Shown: positions 31,463-47,574 of the stretch, piece by piece | Position numbering within the stretch: position 1 is the first letter of the stretch | Layout of the letters: each line of letters opens with the position of its first letter | NCBI RefSeq assembly: GCF_009914755.1 | Contig: NC_060935.1 | Strand: one strand, 5' to 3' | Origin: the human T2T-CHM13v2.0 reference genome, Homo sapiens | DNA: 64,000 nt | Position numbers and translations under genes: made by a program | The notes under the pieces: model-generated | The model's input: only the letters and a program-made list of their open reading frames with translations | Told to the model about the DNA's origin: nothing | The model's database searches: none

Positions 31463-33869
31463 TGATATGGTTTGGTTCTGTGTCCTCACCCAAATCTCAC
31501 GTTGAATTTTAATTCTTAATGTTTGGGGAGGGACCTGATGGGAGGTGATTGGATCATGGGGGCACATTTCCCCCATACTGTTGTTGTGATAATGAGTGAG
31601 CTCTCAGGAGATATGATGGTTTAAAAGTGGTGGCACTTCCCCTCTCACTCTCTCTCTCTCTCTCTGCTGCTCTGCCCTGGTAAGACGTGCTTGCTTCCCA
31701 TTTGCCTTCCACCATGATTGTAAGTTTCCTGAGACCTCCTAGCTATGCTTCCTGTTAAGCCTGCAGAACTGTGAGTCAGTTAAAGTTCTTTTCTTCATAA
31801 ATTACCCAGTCTCAGGTAGTTCTTTATAACAGTATGAGAATGAGCTAATACAGAAAATTGGTACTGGGAGAGTGGAGCACAGTTAAGAAGATACCTGAAA
31901 ATGTGGGAGTGACTTTGGAACTGAGTAATGGGCAGAGGTTGGAACAGTTTGCAGGGCTCAGAAGACAGAAAGATATGGGAATGTTTGGAACTTCCTGGAG
32001 ACTTGTTGAATGGTTGTGACCAAAATGCTGATAGTGACATGGACAATGAGTCTAGGCTTAGGTGGTCTCAGATGGAGTGAGGAACTTATTGGGAACTGGG
32101 TAAAGGTCACTCTTGCTATGCTTTAGCAAAAAGACTGGTGGCATTTTGCCCCTGTCCTAGAGATCTGTGAAGCTTTGAACTTGAGAGAGATGATTTGGGG
32201 TATCTGGTGGAAAAAATTTCTAAGCAACAAAGCATTCCAGATGTATGTGACCTGGCTGTTTCTAAACATGTATGCTCATATGCATGAAAAAAGAGATTAT
32301 CTGAACCTGGAACTTACATTTAAAAGTGAAGCAAAGCAAAAAATATATTGGAATATTTGTAGCCTGGCCATGTGGTAGAAAAGAGAGAGACAAAAAAACA
32401 TTTCCTGGGGAGCAATTCAAGCCTGCTGCAGAAATTTGCATTAGTAAAGAGGAGTCAAATGTTAACAGTCAAGACAATGGGGAAAATGTCTCCAGGGCAT
32501 TTCAGAGACCTTCACAGCAGCCCCTCCCATCACAGGCACAGAAGCCTAAGAGGGATTAATGGTTTTGAGGGCCAGGCCCAGGGCCTAGCTACTCTGTGCA
32601 GCCTTGGGACATGGTGCCCTGCATTCCAGCTGCTCCAGCTCCAGCTGTTGCTAAAAGGGGCCAAGGTACAGCTTGGGCCAGGGCTTCAGAGGATGCAAAC
32701 CCAAAGCCCTGGTGGCTTCCACATGGTATTGGGCCTGCGGGTATGAAGAAGGCAAGAGTTGAGGTTTGGAAACCTCCACCTAGATTTCAGAGGATGTATG
32801 GAAATGCCTGGATGTCCAGGCAGAAGTCTGCTTCAAGCGCAGAGACCTCATGGAGAACCTCTACTAGGACAGTGTGAAAGGGAAATGTGGGGTTGGAGCC
32901 CCTGCACAGAGTTCCCACTGGGGCACTGCCTAGTGGAGCTGTGAGAAGAGGACCACCATCAACCAGACCTCAGAATCGTAGATCCATCAACAGCTTGCAT
33001 TGTGTGCCTGGAATACCTGCAGGCATTCAATGCCAGCCTGTAAAAGCAGCTGTGGGGGCTGTATCCTGTAGAGCCACAGGGTGGAGCTGCTGAAGGCCTT
33101 GGGAGCCCATCCCTTGCATCAGTATGCTCTGGATGTGAGGCATGGAGACAAAAGAGATTATTTTGGAGCTTTAATATTTAATGACTGCCCTGCTGGGTTT
33201 TGAACTTGCTTGGGGCCTGTATCTCCTTTGTTTTGGCCAGTTACTCCCATTTAAAATGGGAGTATTTACCCAATGCCCATACCCCTATTGTATCTTGGAA
33301 GTAACTAACTTGTTTTTGATATTACAAGATCATAGGTGGAAGGGACTTGCCTTGTCTCAGACGAGACTTTGGTCTTGGACTTTTGGGTTAATGCTGGAAT
33401 GAGTTAAGACTTTGGGGGACTGTTGGGAAGGCATGATTGTGTTTTGAAAACTGAGAAGGACATAAGCTTTGGGAGGGGCCAGGGGCAGAATGATATGGTT
33501 TGGCTCTGTATCCCCATCCAAATCTCACGTTGAATTGTAATTCCCAATGTTGAGGGAGGAACCTGGTAGGAGGTTATTGGATCATGGAGGCAAATTTCCC
33601 CCATGCTGTTGTCATGACAGTGAGTGGGTTCTCCCAAGATATAATGATTTAAAAGTGTGTGGCACTCCCCTGACCCACCTCTCCTACTCTGCCATGGTAA
33701 GATATTCTTGCTTCCCCTTCACCTTCTGCCTTGATTGTAAGTTTCCTGACGTTGCCTAGCTATGCTTCCTGTTAAGCTTGTAGAACTATGAGTCATTTAA
33801 ATGTCATTTCTTCATAAATTACCCAGTCTCAGGTAGTACTTTATAGCAGCACAAGAATGGACTAATACA
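31463..33869 (+). mobile_element. Complete MaLR (MST-type) provirus: LTR 31463-31852, internal 31853-33490, LTR 33491-33869
   Basis: Both LTRs begin tgatatggtttgg and end ctaataca; purine tract before the 3' LTR; 5-bp TSD atgcc/atgtc; host L1 sequence resumes across it. Confidence 0.93.
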
Positions 33870-33894
33870 ATGTCCCATTTAAAAGTCACAGAGT

Positions 33895-34170
33895 GGGTCC
33901 AGGCACAGTGGCTCACACCTGTAATCCCAGAACTTTGGGAGGCTGAGGCGGGTGGATCACCTGAGACCAGGAGTTCAAGACCAGCCTGACCAACAAGGTA
34001 AAACCCCATCTCTACTAAAAATACAAAAATTAGCCAGCCGTGGTGGCAGGTGCATATAATCCCAGCTACTCCGGAGGCTGAGACAGGAGAATTGCTTGAA
34101 CCTGGGAGGTGGAGGTTGCAGTGAGCTGCCTGGGCATCAGAGTAAGACTCCATCTAAAAAAAAAAAAAAG
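33895..34170 (+). mobile_element. Alu (AluSx-like) with right-arm deletion
   Basis: 16-bp TSD aaaagtcacagagtgg at 33881-33896 and 34166-34181. Confidence 0.95.
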
Positions 34171-37100
34171 TCACAGAGTGGCAAACCAGCTAGGAAAACC
34201 AGACTCATCCATCTTCTGTATTCAAGAAACCCATCTCACATGTAATGACAACCATAGGCTCAAAGTAAAGGGTTGGAGAAAGATGTAGCATGCAAACAGA
34301 AAACAAAAAAGAGCAGGGGTTGCTATTCTTAGATTAGATAAAACAGACTTTAACAACAGTAAAAAAGGAAAAATAAGGGCATAACGATAAAGAGTTCAAT
34401 AAGAAGATTTAACTATCCTAAATACATACGCCCTCAACACTGGCACACCCAGATTCATAAAACAAGGACTTCTAAGGACCTAGAAAACCACACAACAATA
34501 GTGGGGGACTGATAGCATTAGATCATCAAGGCAGAAGACTAACAAAGAAATTCTGGACTTAAACTCAATGCTTGTCCAATTGGATCTAATAAACATCTAC
34601 AGAATAATCCACCCATCAACCACAGAACGTAAATTCTTCTCATCTGTACACAGAACATATACTCCAAGATTCACCACATCCTTGGCCATAAACCAAGACT
34701 CAGTACATTTTAAAAAGTCAAAATCATGCCAGTCATACTGTCAGGTCACAGTGGAATACAAAGAGAAACCAACATCAAGAAGATCTGTACAAACCACACA
34801 ATTACATGGAAATTAAAAAGTTTGCTCTGGATAACTTTGAGTAAACAATAAAATCAAGGCAGAAATAAAAAAAATTAAAATAAATGAAAACAGACACAAC
34901 ATACCAAAATCTCTGGAATGTAGCAAAAACAATATTAAGAGGAGAGTTTACAGCTCTAAATGCCTACCTCAAAAAGTTAGAAAGATCTCAAATTAATGAC
35001 CTAACATCACACCTAGAGGAACTAAAAAAAAAAAAAAAAAAAAAAAAAACAAGAACAAACTATCCCTAAAGCTAGCAGAAGAAAAGGACGAACTAAAGAG
35101 CAGAACCAAATGAAATTGAGACCCAAAAATCTATACAAAGAATCAACAAAACCAAAAGTTATTTTTTTAAAGGATAAATAAGATTGATAGACTGCTAGCT
35201 ACATTAACAAAGAAAAAAAGAGAGAAGATCCAAATAAACACAAACAGAAATGACAAAGGTGACATCACAACTGATCCCACAGAAATATGAAAGATCCTTA
35301 GATAACTATTGTGAACACCTCTACACACACAAACTACAATATCTAGAGGAAATGAATAAATTCCTGAAAACACACAATGTCCCAAGTTTAAATCAGGAAA
35401 AAACTAAAGCACTGAACAGACCAATATTGGGTTCCAAATGGAATTAGTAATAAAAAACTTACCAACCAAAAAGAAAGCCCTGGCCAGAGAGATTCACAGC
35501 TAAATTCTACCAGATGCACAAAGTAGAGCTGGTACCAATTCTACTGAAACTATTTCAAAAAATCGAGAAGGAAAGACTCCTCCCTAACTCGTTTTCTGAA
35601 GCCAGTATCACCCTGATACCAAAACCTGTAAGAGATACCATGAGAAAGGAAAACTATAGGACAATATCTCTGATAAACACAGACACAAAAATTCTCAACA
35701 AAACACTAGCAAACCAAATCAAACATCAAAGTTAATTTACCACGATCAAGTTGGCTTCACTCCTGGTATGGAAGGTTAGCTCAATATATGCAAATCAATA
35801 AATATGATTTACCACATGAGAAGAATTAAAAATAAAACCATATGATCATCTCAATAGACACAGAAACAGCTTTCGATAAAATGCAATACCACTTCATGAT
35901 AAAAACCCTCAAGAAACTAGGCAACAAAGAAATATACCTAAAAACAATAAGAGACCAAAATGACAAACCCACAACCAATATCAGACTGAATGGGCAAAAG
36001 CTGGAAGAATTTTCCTTGAGATCTGGAAAAAGTTAAGGATGCTCACTCTCACCACTCCTGTTAACATTGGAAGTGCTAGCCAGAGCAGTCAGGCAAGAGA
36101 AGGAAATAAAAGGCATTCAAACATGAAAAAAAGAAGTCAAACTATCTCTCTTGCATATTACATGATTTTATAACTAGAAAACCCTAAAGACTCCACCAAA
36201 AGGCTCCTAAAACTGATAAATGACTTCAGTAAAGTTTCAGGACACAAAATGAACATGTAAAAATTAGTACCATTTCTATACAACTATAGCATTCAAGGTG
36301 AGAGTCAAATCAAGAAAGTAATCCCATTTAAAATAGCCACACACACACACAAAATACCTAGGTATACATATAACTAAGCAGATGAAAGATTTCTACATGG
36401 ATAACTACATAACATTGCTAAAAGAAATCACAGATGACACTAACACATGTAAAAACATTCCATGTTCATGGATTAGAAGAATCAGTATTGTTAAAATGGC
36501 CATACTGTCCAAAGCAATTTACAGATTCAATGTTATTCCTATCAAACTACCAACGACATTTTTTCCAGAACTAGAAAAAGCTATTCTAAAATTTATATAA
36601 AATCAAAAGAGCCCAAATAACTACAGCAGTCCTAAACAAAAAGAAAAGTCAGAGGCATCACATTACCCAATTCCAAACTATACTGTAAGGCTACAGTAAC
36701 CAAAACAGCATGATACTGGCACGAGAGCAGACACATAGACCAATGGAACAGAATATAGAACCCAGAAATAAAGGTGCACACCTACAGCCATCTGATCTTT
36801 GACAATGTTGACAAAAATAAGCAATGCAGAAAGGATTCCTTATTCAATAAATGGTGCTGGGATACCTACCTAGTCACATGCAGAATAATGAAATTGGACC
36901 CCTACATTTCACCATATACAAAAATTACCTCAAGGTAGATTAAAGATTTAAATATAACACCTCAAACCATAGGAATCCTAAAAGAAAATCTAGGAAATAT
37001 GATTCTGGATATCAGCCTTGGGAAATAATTTCTAACTAAGTTCTCAAAAGCAATTGAAACAAAAACAAAAATTAACAAGTGAGACCTAATTCAACTAAAG

Positions 37101-37420
37101 AGTTTCTGCACAGCAAAATAAACTACCAATGGAGTTAACAGACAACCAACAGAATAGGAGAACATGTTCACAAACTATGCCTCCAACAAATGTCTAATAT
37201 CCAGAATCTATAAGGAACTTAAACAGTTGAACAAGCAAAAAAAAAAAATCTCACCAAAAAAATGGGCAAAAGACTTGAACAGACATTTCTCAAAAGGAGA
37301 CATACAAGCAGCCAACAAACATTTAAAATGCTCCATATCACTAATCATTAAGATATGCAAATCAAAGCGACAATGACATACCATCTTACACCAATCAGAA
37401 TGACTATTATTAAAAACTCA

Positions 37421-37702
37421 TGCCAGGCATGGTGGCTCACACCTGTAATTCCAGCACTTTGGGAGGATCACTTGAGCCCAGAAGTTTGAGACCTGACTGG
37501 GTAACAAAGTGAGACCTTATCGTTACAAAAAAAAAATAAATAAAAAGTTTGCCAGGTGTGGTGGTGCGTGCCTGTAGTCTCAGCTACTCAGGATGCTGAG
37601 GTAGGAAGATCACTTGAGCCCAGGAGATTGAGGCTGCAGTGAGCCATAATTGTGCCACAGCACTCCAGTCTGGGTGACAGAGTGAGACTCTGTCTCAAAA
37701 AA
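37421..37702 (+). mobile_element. Alu (AluJ-like) inside L1 ORF2
   Basis: Dimer with a short left-arm deletion; TSD aaaaactca. Confidence 0.9.
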
Positions 37703-37836
37703 GAAAACTCAAAAAACTCAAAACCTAATAGATGCTGGTGAGGCTGTGGAAAAAAGGGAATACTTATATACTGTTGGTGGGAATGTAAATTAGTTCTGCC
37801 ACGGTAGAAATTGGTTTGAACACTTCTCAAAAGACA

Positions 37837-38130
<294 letters not shown>

Positions 38131-39415
38131 CTCAAAGAACTTAAAACAGAACTACCATTAGACCAGCAATCCCATTACTGGATATATAGCCAAAAGAAAA
38201 TAAATTGTTCTACTAGAAAGACACATGCACTCACATGTTCATCACAGCACTACTCACAAAAGCAAAGACATGGAATTAACTGAGGCACCCATTAATAGTG
38301 GATTGGACAAAGAAAATGTGGCATATATACACCATGGAATATTATGCAGCCATGAAAAGAACGAAGTCACATCCTTTGCAGCAGCATGGATATAGCTGTA
38401 GGCCAAGACCCTAAGCAAATTAACACAGGAACAAAAAACCAAATACTGCATGTTCTCACTTATAAGTGGGAGCTAGACATTGGGTATTCATGAGCATAAC
38501 AATGGAAACTGAGGACTACTAGAGGAGGAAGGAAGAAGAAGAAAGGGTTGAAAAACTATTGAGTACTATGCTCAGTACCTCAGTACCTAGGTGATGGGAT
38601 CATTTGTACCTCAAACATTAGTGTCACACAATATACCCAGGTAACAAACCTGCACATGTACCCACTGAAGCTAAAATAAAAGCTGAAAAAATAAATAGAG
38701 CTGCGATAGCTGGAAAAAAATGGTCTAATACACTCTTTCCCAGAGTTTAACACATAATCATTTATGGTATACAAGCAGTTTTTAGGTGGTACATCGAATA
38801 TATATTTAAATAGTTAAGAATGTATATTAATGTCTTTTAGAAAAATTATAACTGGCATATCAAATCCATTATTTCAGAGATATTATTGCTTAGGAAGAGG
38901 CTAAGCAAAACAAAAATATTAGACTAATGAGTTTAGTAGTGAGTCTGCTTCCTGATAATCCCCACTAACTCTGCTTAATATCTTTCCACAGCACTTATCA
39001 TTATTTGACATGTACATTTGTTGCTCGTCCTCCCACAGTGTAAGATCTATGAGGGCAGGAATTTTGTCCATTTTCTTTGCTGCTATATGCGCAGAACTTA
39101 GAATAGTATCTGGTAACTAGAAAGGGCTCGATACACAGTTACTGAAAGAAAGGGATGGGGTGCAAATTAGAAAGCGATTGAGGGAGAAGAGGGAGGAAGG
39201 AAAGAAGAAGGAAGGGAGGGAGGGAGGGACGGAAAGGAGGGAGAGATGGAGGGAGTAGAGTTAAACAAATAAGTAATATAAAAGGTATGAAAATGCAGCA
39301 ATAGCTGTGAAGCCCGTAGAATATGGCTTGGGAAGCATAGGAATAACAGGCTAAAGTAACAAGCAGTTTGGTTAGAGAAGATAAAGGATTACAGATGCTT
39401 GAATAATATGCTAAA

Positions 39416-39716
<301 letters not shown>

Positions 39717-41258
39717 CTAGAATATTAAAAGATAACATAAATTTCTCTAGGTTATATTGCTGATCCCCAGGAGTATTCTGAAGGTTCTATCCAGAACTCC
39801 GCCATTTTCATTCTTTGATAAAATTGAAGAGTCTTTTAAAGTCATTGGGAAAACACTCAAGATTAAAGATCTTAATGGAATCTAAGTGTCAGCATTAGAT
39901 GCTCTGCTACTTTCTAAGGCAAGCATGCCAAGGAGAAAACAATGGCTGCGCCAGGGTCAGAATACCTTCAGGTCTTTCTTCTGGCTCCGACATTGACTAG
40001 ATGTGTGATTTTGTGAAAAAGTTGTATTTTCTAAAATTTAGGAGGTTCCTTAAGACTTCTGAGTTGAAACAGAAATACAAAGAGGTGGTAATTGAGGTGT
40101 GGGACTCAAAAACAATTTTAATCTGCTGAGGTTGTGGTTTTATTCATTTAATAGAAAGTTACTGAGCACCTCCTTAAGCCAGGCACTACTGTCAACCTAA
40201 TCACTGCCCTTAACTTAGGAAAACAAATCTTTAATCAAGAAATTATAAAATTCTATAAGTGATCTAATTACATGAATTACTGTAAAGTGCCCAGTATGTT
40301 ACCTGGGTGATTAATTTTGGTCCAGCACATTTGCAAAAACAAATGAGGTGACAGTTGTATACGCTTTAAACTTGACAAGCATTGGTCTAAATATAGCATT
40401 TCCCAAAGGAAAATACACACAACGTCCATGGAACACAAGCTGTTTATAGTTAGTGCACTGAAAAAACATTTTTAGCTTTAACAATTATGTAATATTTTTA
40501 TTATGTTTTTAAAAAGTTATATCTAGATGTAAAAGCTACGATTCCCAGACAGTGTTGTGCAGGATGTGGCTAAGTGAAAAAATTCAAGGGAGTAGGGGTG
40601 TCTTGCATAACTGTGGCTCGCTTGATCTCCCTCACTCTGCTATGTTTTCATTCAAACTATCTGTCACTATCTGACATTAATTTTTTAAATGTGTGCTATA
40701 TTACTGAAAGTTTTAGAGATTCTAATAAAAATATGGGAAAAGGGAATTATTAATATAACTCTTCATCAAATGGATTCCTACCCCAGTTACAGTAATCTTG
40801 CTTTAATCAATCACTTGGAGAAGCTAGTAAGCAATGTACCTGACCAATTTGCAGAGTCAATTTTTTGAGCTGAAAGGAATGTTAATGCTCTCGTTTTACA
40901 GATAAGTAGACTGATGCCCAGGAAGAGCTGTGGTCACACAGGAGATGGGCAGCAAAGCCTAGACTCCCACACATGTTACTTAATGACAGGTCAGTACATT
41001 GCCCATTACCTCTACTTATAGGCAATATAGATGAATTGAGTTTTCTTCTCTTAACAGACCTCAATGTGCTAGAAAACTGTAAAGTTAATGGAATGGTATT
41101 GGTTGCTTCATTCAGACACTCACATGTGCAGAGTCACTGCCAATAATCAAGACAGAAAAAACAAAAACAAAGATGAATAAGAAATTGCAATTTTCTGACA
41201 CACAGTTTTATAGTATAAAGATTACACAGTATATTATTGATGAAAACATCAGAATTAC

Positions 41259-41375
41259 CTCCAAGGACCATGCCAGCCTGACAGCACTTTCTAAGGCGAC
41301 ATGCTGGGCAGTTTTTTCTGCGGATTTTATCAACGATGCAGTCATTTCTTCCAGCACATAAGTAGTTGTGCTGCC
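41259..41375 (-). CDS. PGR: Progesterone receptor exon 3 (DNA-binding domain, second zinc finger/D-box)
   Basis: ttttag|GGCAGCAC...CTTGGAG|gtaatt, 117 nt; (G)[38 protein letters not shown](G). Confidence 0.99.
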
Positions 41376-42966
41376 CTAAAAAAACAAAATGAGTCAAAAT
41401 TATTTACAATATCTAAGATTCACTGGAAATTCTATGCAGTGACAACTGAAATAGAGACTAGATACACATCAGCAAGTGCATGACTCAGCCAGCTTCCTGC
41501 CTGGCACAGCTGAATGTTGGTGAAGCTATAAAACTGCTCAGTACTTTACCTGTGCCTTTAGGAGCCTAAATTAGGTGAGCATAGCTGAAGAATCAATCCT
41601 AGGGCTCCTTTAAAAATCTTTTGCAAGAGATTTCTGTTTATCTTCTTAATGGTGTCAGTATCAGATTGCCTTTAGATGTCATTTCAAGATTAGCTACACG
41701 TTTCTGATAAGCATTAGTTGTACCAGGTGGTCAAACTCTAGTAAAACCTTTCTTTCTGACATTGATGCCTTCAAGAAAACAGATACAGACTAAAGAATTG
41801 AAGAGGCCTCTGGAAAAGACCTTTTAAAAAAAAATCTAAATGCTTAGTTCTATTGGAAAAATCCCAGAGCTGGTTCTCTCTTTAAGGAATCAATGGAAGA
41901 GCATGTAAAAAAGATCACTTATTGTACTGAATTTAATACCTGCCTTATTTTGACTACACATTAGAAAATACCTTGAACAGAAATAATGATAAAGGAAGAA
42001 CTTAAAACAGATAGAAGTACTCAATAAAGAGGAGAAACTTTATAGAAGTATAGACAATACACATCGCACATCACCCTGGGGTCACTTTGTGTAGAGGAAA
42101 CTATGGATGCCTTTAAAAAGGTCTGGCACATGAATTTAATATTCAATAATGATTTTTAAACCACAAATATGTTAATAAGGCACGGAACAATCTAATTTAT
42201 TTAGATTTAACAAAAATAAAAAAATTCAGCTTAAACATGTAAACGTTAATTTACTATTTTTGACACTCTCTTTTTTTCCCAATAAATTTCTTTAAAACAG
42301 ACTGTGAGTCTTTTAATATCATCAGCCTACTTCAGCCTACTTATACTTCTGAAGCATGACACATAATTTTAAAAGATCATGGGATTTTCCTGTAGTATTT
42401 TACATTAGTTAAGATTAAAATCAGAGTCTTCTGGCCAAAGTTGGTAGTAAAGGAACTCAGAGGTACCTAAAACATGTACTTAATCAAGCAGGGGAAAGGA
42501 TTAGCCTAAACGGCAAAGGGCAAAAATGCCAAAAGGCCTATATATGTGACAGCTGATATCAAGAAGGTTCCTGACCTCATGCATTTCTGGAAAAGCACAA
42601 ATATTTTCTTAAAGATGCATGCCTCTATAAACTTATGTTCATGTACACTCACATAGTGTTCATCTCTTGTTTAGAGTCCCAGGAATTAAGCCTTCACCTA
42701 ATAAAGGGTAACTGTGAAGCCTCATATCTTTGCTGACTTTTGTGCACATAGTGCCAGTCCTACAGGAGGTTAGCAGAGTGTACTGCATACTACTTTCTGA
42801 TTTGACTCTAATTTTTTTTTTTTTTACCACAAGTTATATATTTAGGCTATAGGAGTGACTGTGAGAGCAAGGTGTGTGTAAGTCAGTCTATCAGTTGATC
42901 ATCTATTTCTACCCTATACTGATATCTCACAAGAAGAGAGAACAGAAAATAGCAAGATTTTCTATT

Positions 42967-43256
42967 CTTTTTCTTTCAGACGGAGTTTCGCTCTTGTTGC
43001 CCAGCCTGGAAAGCAAAGGCACAGTCTTGGCTCACCACAACGTCCACCTCCTGGGTTCAAGGAACTTTCCTGCCTCAGCCTCTGAGTAGCTGGAATTACA
43101 GGCATGCACCACCACGCCTGGGTAATTTTGTATTTTTAGTAGAGACAGGGTTTCTGCATGTTGGTCAGGCTGGTCTCGAACTCCCAACCTCAGGTGATCT
43201 GCCCGCCTTGGCCTCCCAAAGTGCTGGGATTACAGGCATGAGCCACCACGCCCACC
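42967..43256 (-). mobile_element. Alu (AluSp/Sq-like), reverse
   Basis: agacggagtttcgctcttgttgcccag; TSD caagattttct / caaggttttct. Confidence 0.94.
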
Positions 43257-44271
43257 AAGGTTTTCTCTATACAGAAAACAGACTTCGAGAAATAGAGCAC
43301 GCAGATGTAATTGTTTGAAGAGAGGCTGTCCTACTGTCTGCTCCTTGGTCATAAATACGCAGGAAAAAGGTCTGATCTAAACACCAGAAGCTGGCATGCT
43401 GCTGATCTGTCTCACTTACATTTCTAAAATGGCCTACGATATCATCTCCTTATTCAGTGTCTCAAAGAGTCCTCCTTACCAATGGTTTTTGCTTTTGTCC
43501 TTCAAACAATTCCTTCCTATCTGCTTTCAAGTCTTGCTCCATCAATTTCCTCCTTTCTCTCCTAAAGTCTTTAGTCTCTCCAGTCCAGTGATGTCCTGCT
43601 CTCTCATTATTTTTCCATCCAAAAAAGTTCCAGCACCAAAAAAAGGAACCCTAGCTCACTCTAGATTCTCCCTGAATACATTCCCCTTTTTTTGGTCCTC
43701 AAAGTTGTCGAAAACATCATCTACATTTGCTGTTTCTACCTAACTTCCTTTATTCCTATGTGGTAATTTGACTTGTATATTCACTATTCTTATAAAATGG
43801 CTTAACATCATCAAATATTTTTTCATTCCTAAATGCTGTGAATGCTTTCCTGACCTGAATCATTTGCTTCAGGTAATTTCTTTCCCCACCTGTCCCATTG
43901 ATTCATATTTTGGGGCCTCTCTTTTCTGACTCTTGACCTGTCTTTCCAGCACTTCCTTTTAAATTCCCTTTGTCAACTCCTCTTACTTTGCTTATTCCTT
44001 ATATGTTGTGTGCCACTGCACACACTTTGTGGGTAGTCTGTCTCATTATCTTCTGATGGTCCCAAAATCTCAATATGAGCTCTGACCTTCCAGTCATATT
44101 TCTAGGTACCTCAAACTCAATATATACAAAATACAACTAAGTGGTTATCTGTACAAATTATATCATGAATTGTATTATTAGAGAAATTATATAAGAACGT
44201 AAGGAAATTCAAAACAGAAAATAACCTACAATTTGATAATCATGCATCTATTCTCATTTTTGCTTCCTTCT

Positions 44272-44610
44272 TGCTATGGTTTGAATGTTTGTGTCCCCTT
44301 CAAAATTCATATTGAAACTTAATCCCCAATGTGACAATATTAAGAGGTGGGGTCTCTGCCTCCATGGATGGAATCAGTACCCTTTTAAAAGGGCTTGAGG
44401 GAGTGAATTTGGTCCTTTTTATCCTTTCTGCCATGTGAGGATGCAGCAAGGGGCGCCATCTTGGAAGAAGACAGCAAGCTTTTACCAGACATGGAATCTG
44501 TGCCACCTTGATCTTGGACTTCTCAGCCTTTAGAACCATCAGAAAATATTTCTGTATTTATAAACTACCCAGTCTAAGGTATTTTTTTATTGCAGTGGAA
44601 CAGACTAAAG
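44272..44610 (+). mobile_element. Solo MaLR LTR (MLT1A/MSTD-like)
   Basis: tgctatggtttgaatgtttgtgtccc start; caccttgatcttggacttctcagcc; cagactaa end. Confidence 0.8.
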
Positions 44611-44899
44611 TATTTCCAAACTGTCTATACAAATCTAAATGGTATTTAATATCTATTTGTTAATATTTAAGTTAATGTATTTATACTTTTATAAAACTCT
44701 CATTCATTCAACAAGTATTGAGTATCTACTATATCCCAACACTATTTACTGACTAATCCATGTTTTCCCCCACTAAATTAAAATGCCATCTTAATTGCTG
44801 ACACTACATTGTAGTACCGAAGAGCAAAGTTACAGAGGCCAGACTGCTTGTTCAAAGCTCAGATCTGCAACTTACTATCCACAAATAAAAATAATAAAA

Positions 44900-45290
44900 G
44901 AACAACAGACAATTATTAAGCACTTACTATGTGCCAGGCATTGTTATGAGCTATTGACATATATTAACTCATTTCATCATCAAAGCAACCTTTGGAGGTA
45001 TTAATATTCTCATTTTATACAGAGTTAACTGAGGCATCTAGAAGTTAAATAACATGCTCAAGGTCACACAGTTAAAACATTTTAGGTTAATTATCTTGAG
45101 AGGTAGTATAGAAAGTTACTGTTTAAGTGTGAATGTCAATCTCATCACTTAGTAGCTAGATGACATTTGGCAATTAAAATGAAGATAACATTAGTACCTT
45201 GGATTGGATCTAAGGAATACACAAGCTCATGTAAGAGCTTAGAATAGTCTGGCACATAGCAAGTACTTAACAAATGTCTATTATAATTAT
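44900..45290. mobile_element. MIR fragments
   Basis: aagcacttactatgtgccaggca, actgaggc...aaggtcacaca, ctggcacatagcaagtacttaa. Confidence 0.6.
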
Positions 45291-47246
45291 GATTATCACA
45301 CATCTAAATCTCAAATATAGTTAGATTTTTTCTAGATGTGGTCCAAGAAGTCTATATCTAGTCAAGTTATTCAGTTTTAAAGGCAACTTAAAGATATTCT
45401 CAAACATGCATGAAATTGGGAAATAAGACCCCAGTATGCTCTTCCAAAAGATGTAATCCAGTCAACAACAGATACGTTATAGCAGACAATGTATGAGGTA
45501 GGAAGTCTGGTATGAAGAGACTGATGATAAGTACCAAATAAATTTAAACATAAGTATAAATTTAAACATGAGTATAAATAAGGAAATTATAGTTACCAAA
45601 CAGAATGCAATTCTTATAAGTTTGGAAGAAAAAATGACTTAGATGTCCAATATTTAAAGTTTGAGTTGGAAGGATAATTTTTAATAATTAAGGGCACTGG
45701 CATGAAGTCACGACCTTGAGGGGTTGGCACGACTCATATCATTGTAGACTGCCTGTGACAGGCTGGAATGGCTTAAAGAAATCTGGAAGCTCAATTCACT
45801 CTAACTTTTCATCATCTTTAACATTAAGTGATGAGCCATCAAAACTGCAAAGTAGATGCATTATCATGCAAACAAAATATGGGGAGTACAGTTAAAGGTT
45901 TATCTTCTCAAGCAATGTTTTGGCTTAAAGAAATGTTGTAGCCAGCCAGTTCCAACTAGAGCCGACTAAGGGAATTTGGCATGGGGCCCAGGCATTGCCT
46001 CTGAACCATAATGCATGGCCAGGACTCAGAGCCACCAAGAATGCAATGAATGCAGTGGGAGCCACTCGCTACTTCAGGTACCTGGCTGTATATGCAGGTG
46101 AAGAAAGGTCAGGCACAAGTGCATTAGCCCTGTCACAACATTTTCCTGGAAATCTAGAAAAAGATGAAAATCTAACATAACATCAGTTGCTACCATTTTC
46201 TTCAGACAACAGCCCACAGTTTATATTCTGGTTTTGAGAAACACATCCCTGTCTAGATCCACTCACTCACTCATAAACCGTAGGTTGATGGCTCAAATTG
46301 CGTATTATTTCTTCTCCTCGGTCCAACATAACATTGTGATTCTACAACAAGTGTAAAACACGTCACTATATTAAACCACTCAGAGCATTCCATTTGCTGC
46401 CATCTTTGCTGTTTACCTACATTATCACCACCAGGAGTTATAAGACATTTAGGAACACTTATAAGCTATAAGCCACCACAAACAGGTTACATGGCATAAT
46501 GATAAATAGGGGAGTTCACCCCACTAGGAGCCACTATCTAGCTCTCTCCCTTAATATATGCATCATCTGCCCCTGTTGAAACCTGGGGAGCTTAATAGAG
46601 CACTATGCTTCTTTCTCCTTGCAAAACTGATCTATTTTAGGGTGGGGAAAGCAGGGGGTGAGTTCAAACTGTTATGTCTTTTCTTTCTAATCACATACTC
46701 TTTCCCATGTTCTTTATGCTCCAGAGTACTAACATCCTTGGATTACCCCCAAACTCTCTCATGCCTCTATGACTTTCCTCCCTTCCTTCCAATTTATCAA
46801 CTTAACAAAATCTCACTCGTCTTTCAAGCCTTGGCTTAACTGCTCCCCTCATCTGGTCTTACCTGACTGCTCTCATAAAGGCTTTAGACATTTCTTCTGT
46901 GTACCAACTGCACATTCAATGTATTCCTATTGTATACTTTGTGTCTATAGCTACTAGGTTCTATAAGAGTAGGAACTACTCAGTTTGATACTTTTAACTC
47001 TTGTGTAAAATACAGCTTGATAAATATTTTTTAGATAGGTGTATATACAATTATACCTATTGTTTCGCTTATATTTGTAAATATAGTTATACTCAACAGT
47101 ATAAGACATATGTCACTTATTGTCATATATAGTAAATAGTCACTTGCTTCTGATTTTTTACCACCTTTTAACTTTTTTTCTTACAGAATGCTTTTTATTC
47201 AGTAATTTCTCACCTTTTTATAGTAATAGACCATAATTAAATGTGA

Positions 47247-47574
<328 letters not shown>

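Noticed and set aside
32175-33402. Cluster of short ORFs in the MaLR internal region
   Set aside because: Fragments of the decayed MaLR internal ORF; none intact.
45540-45579. 18-bp imperfect tandem repeat
   Set aside because: AT-rich slippage product with no evident significance.
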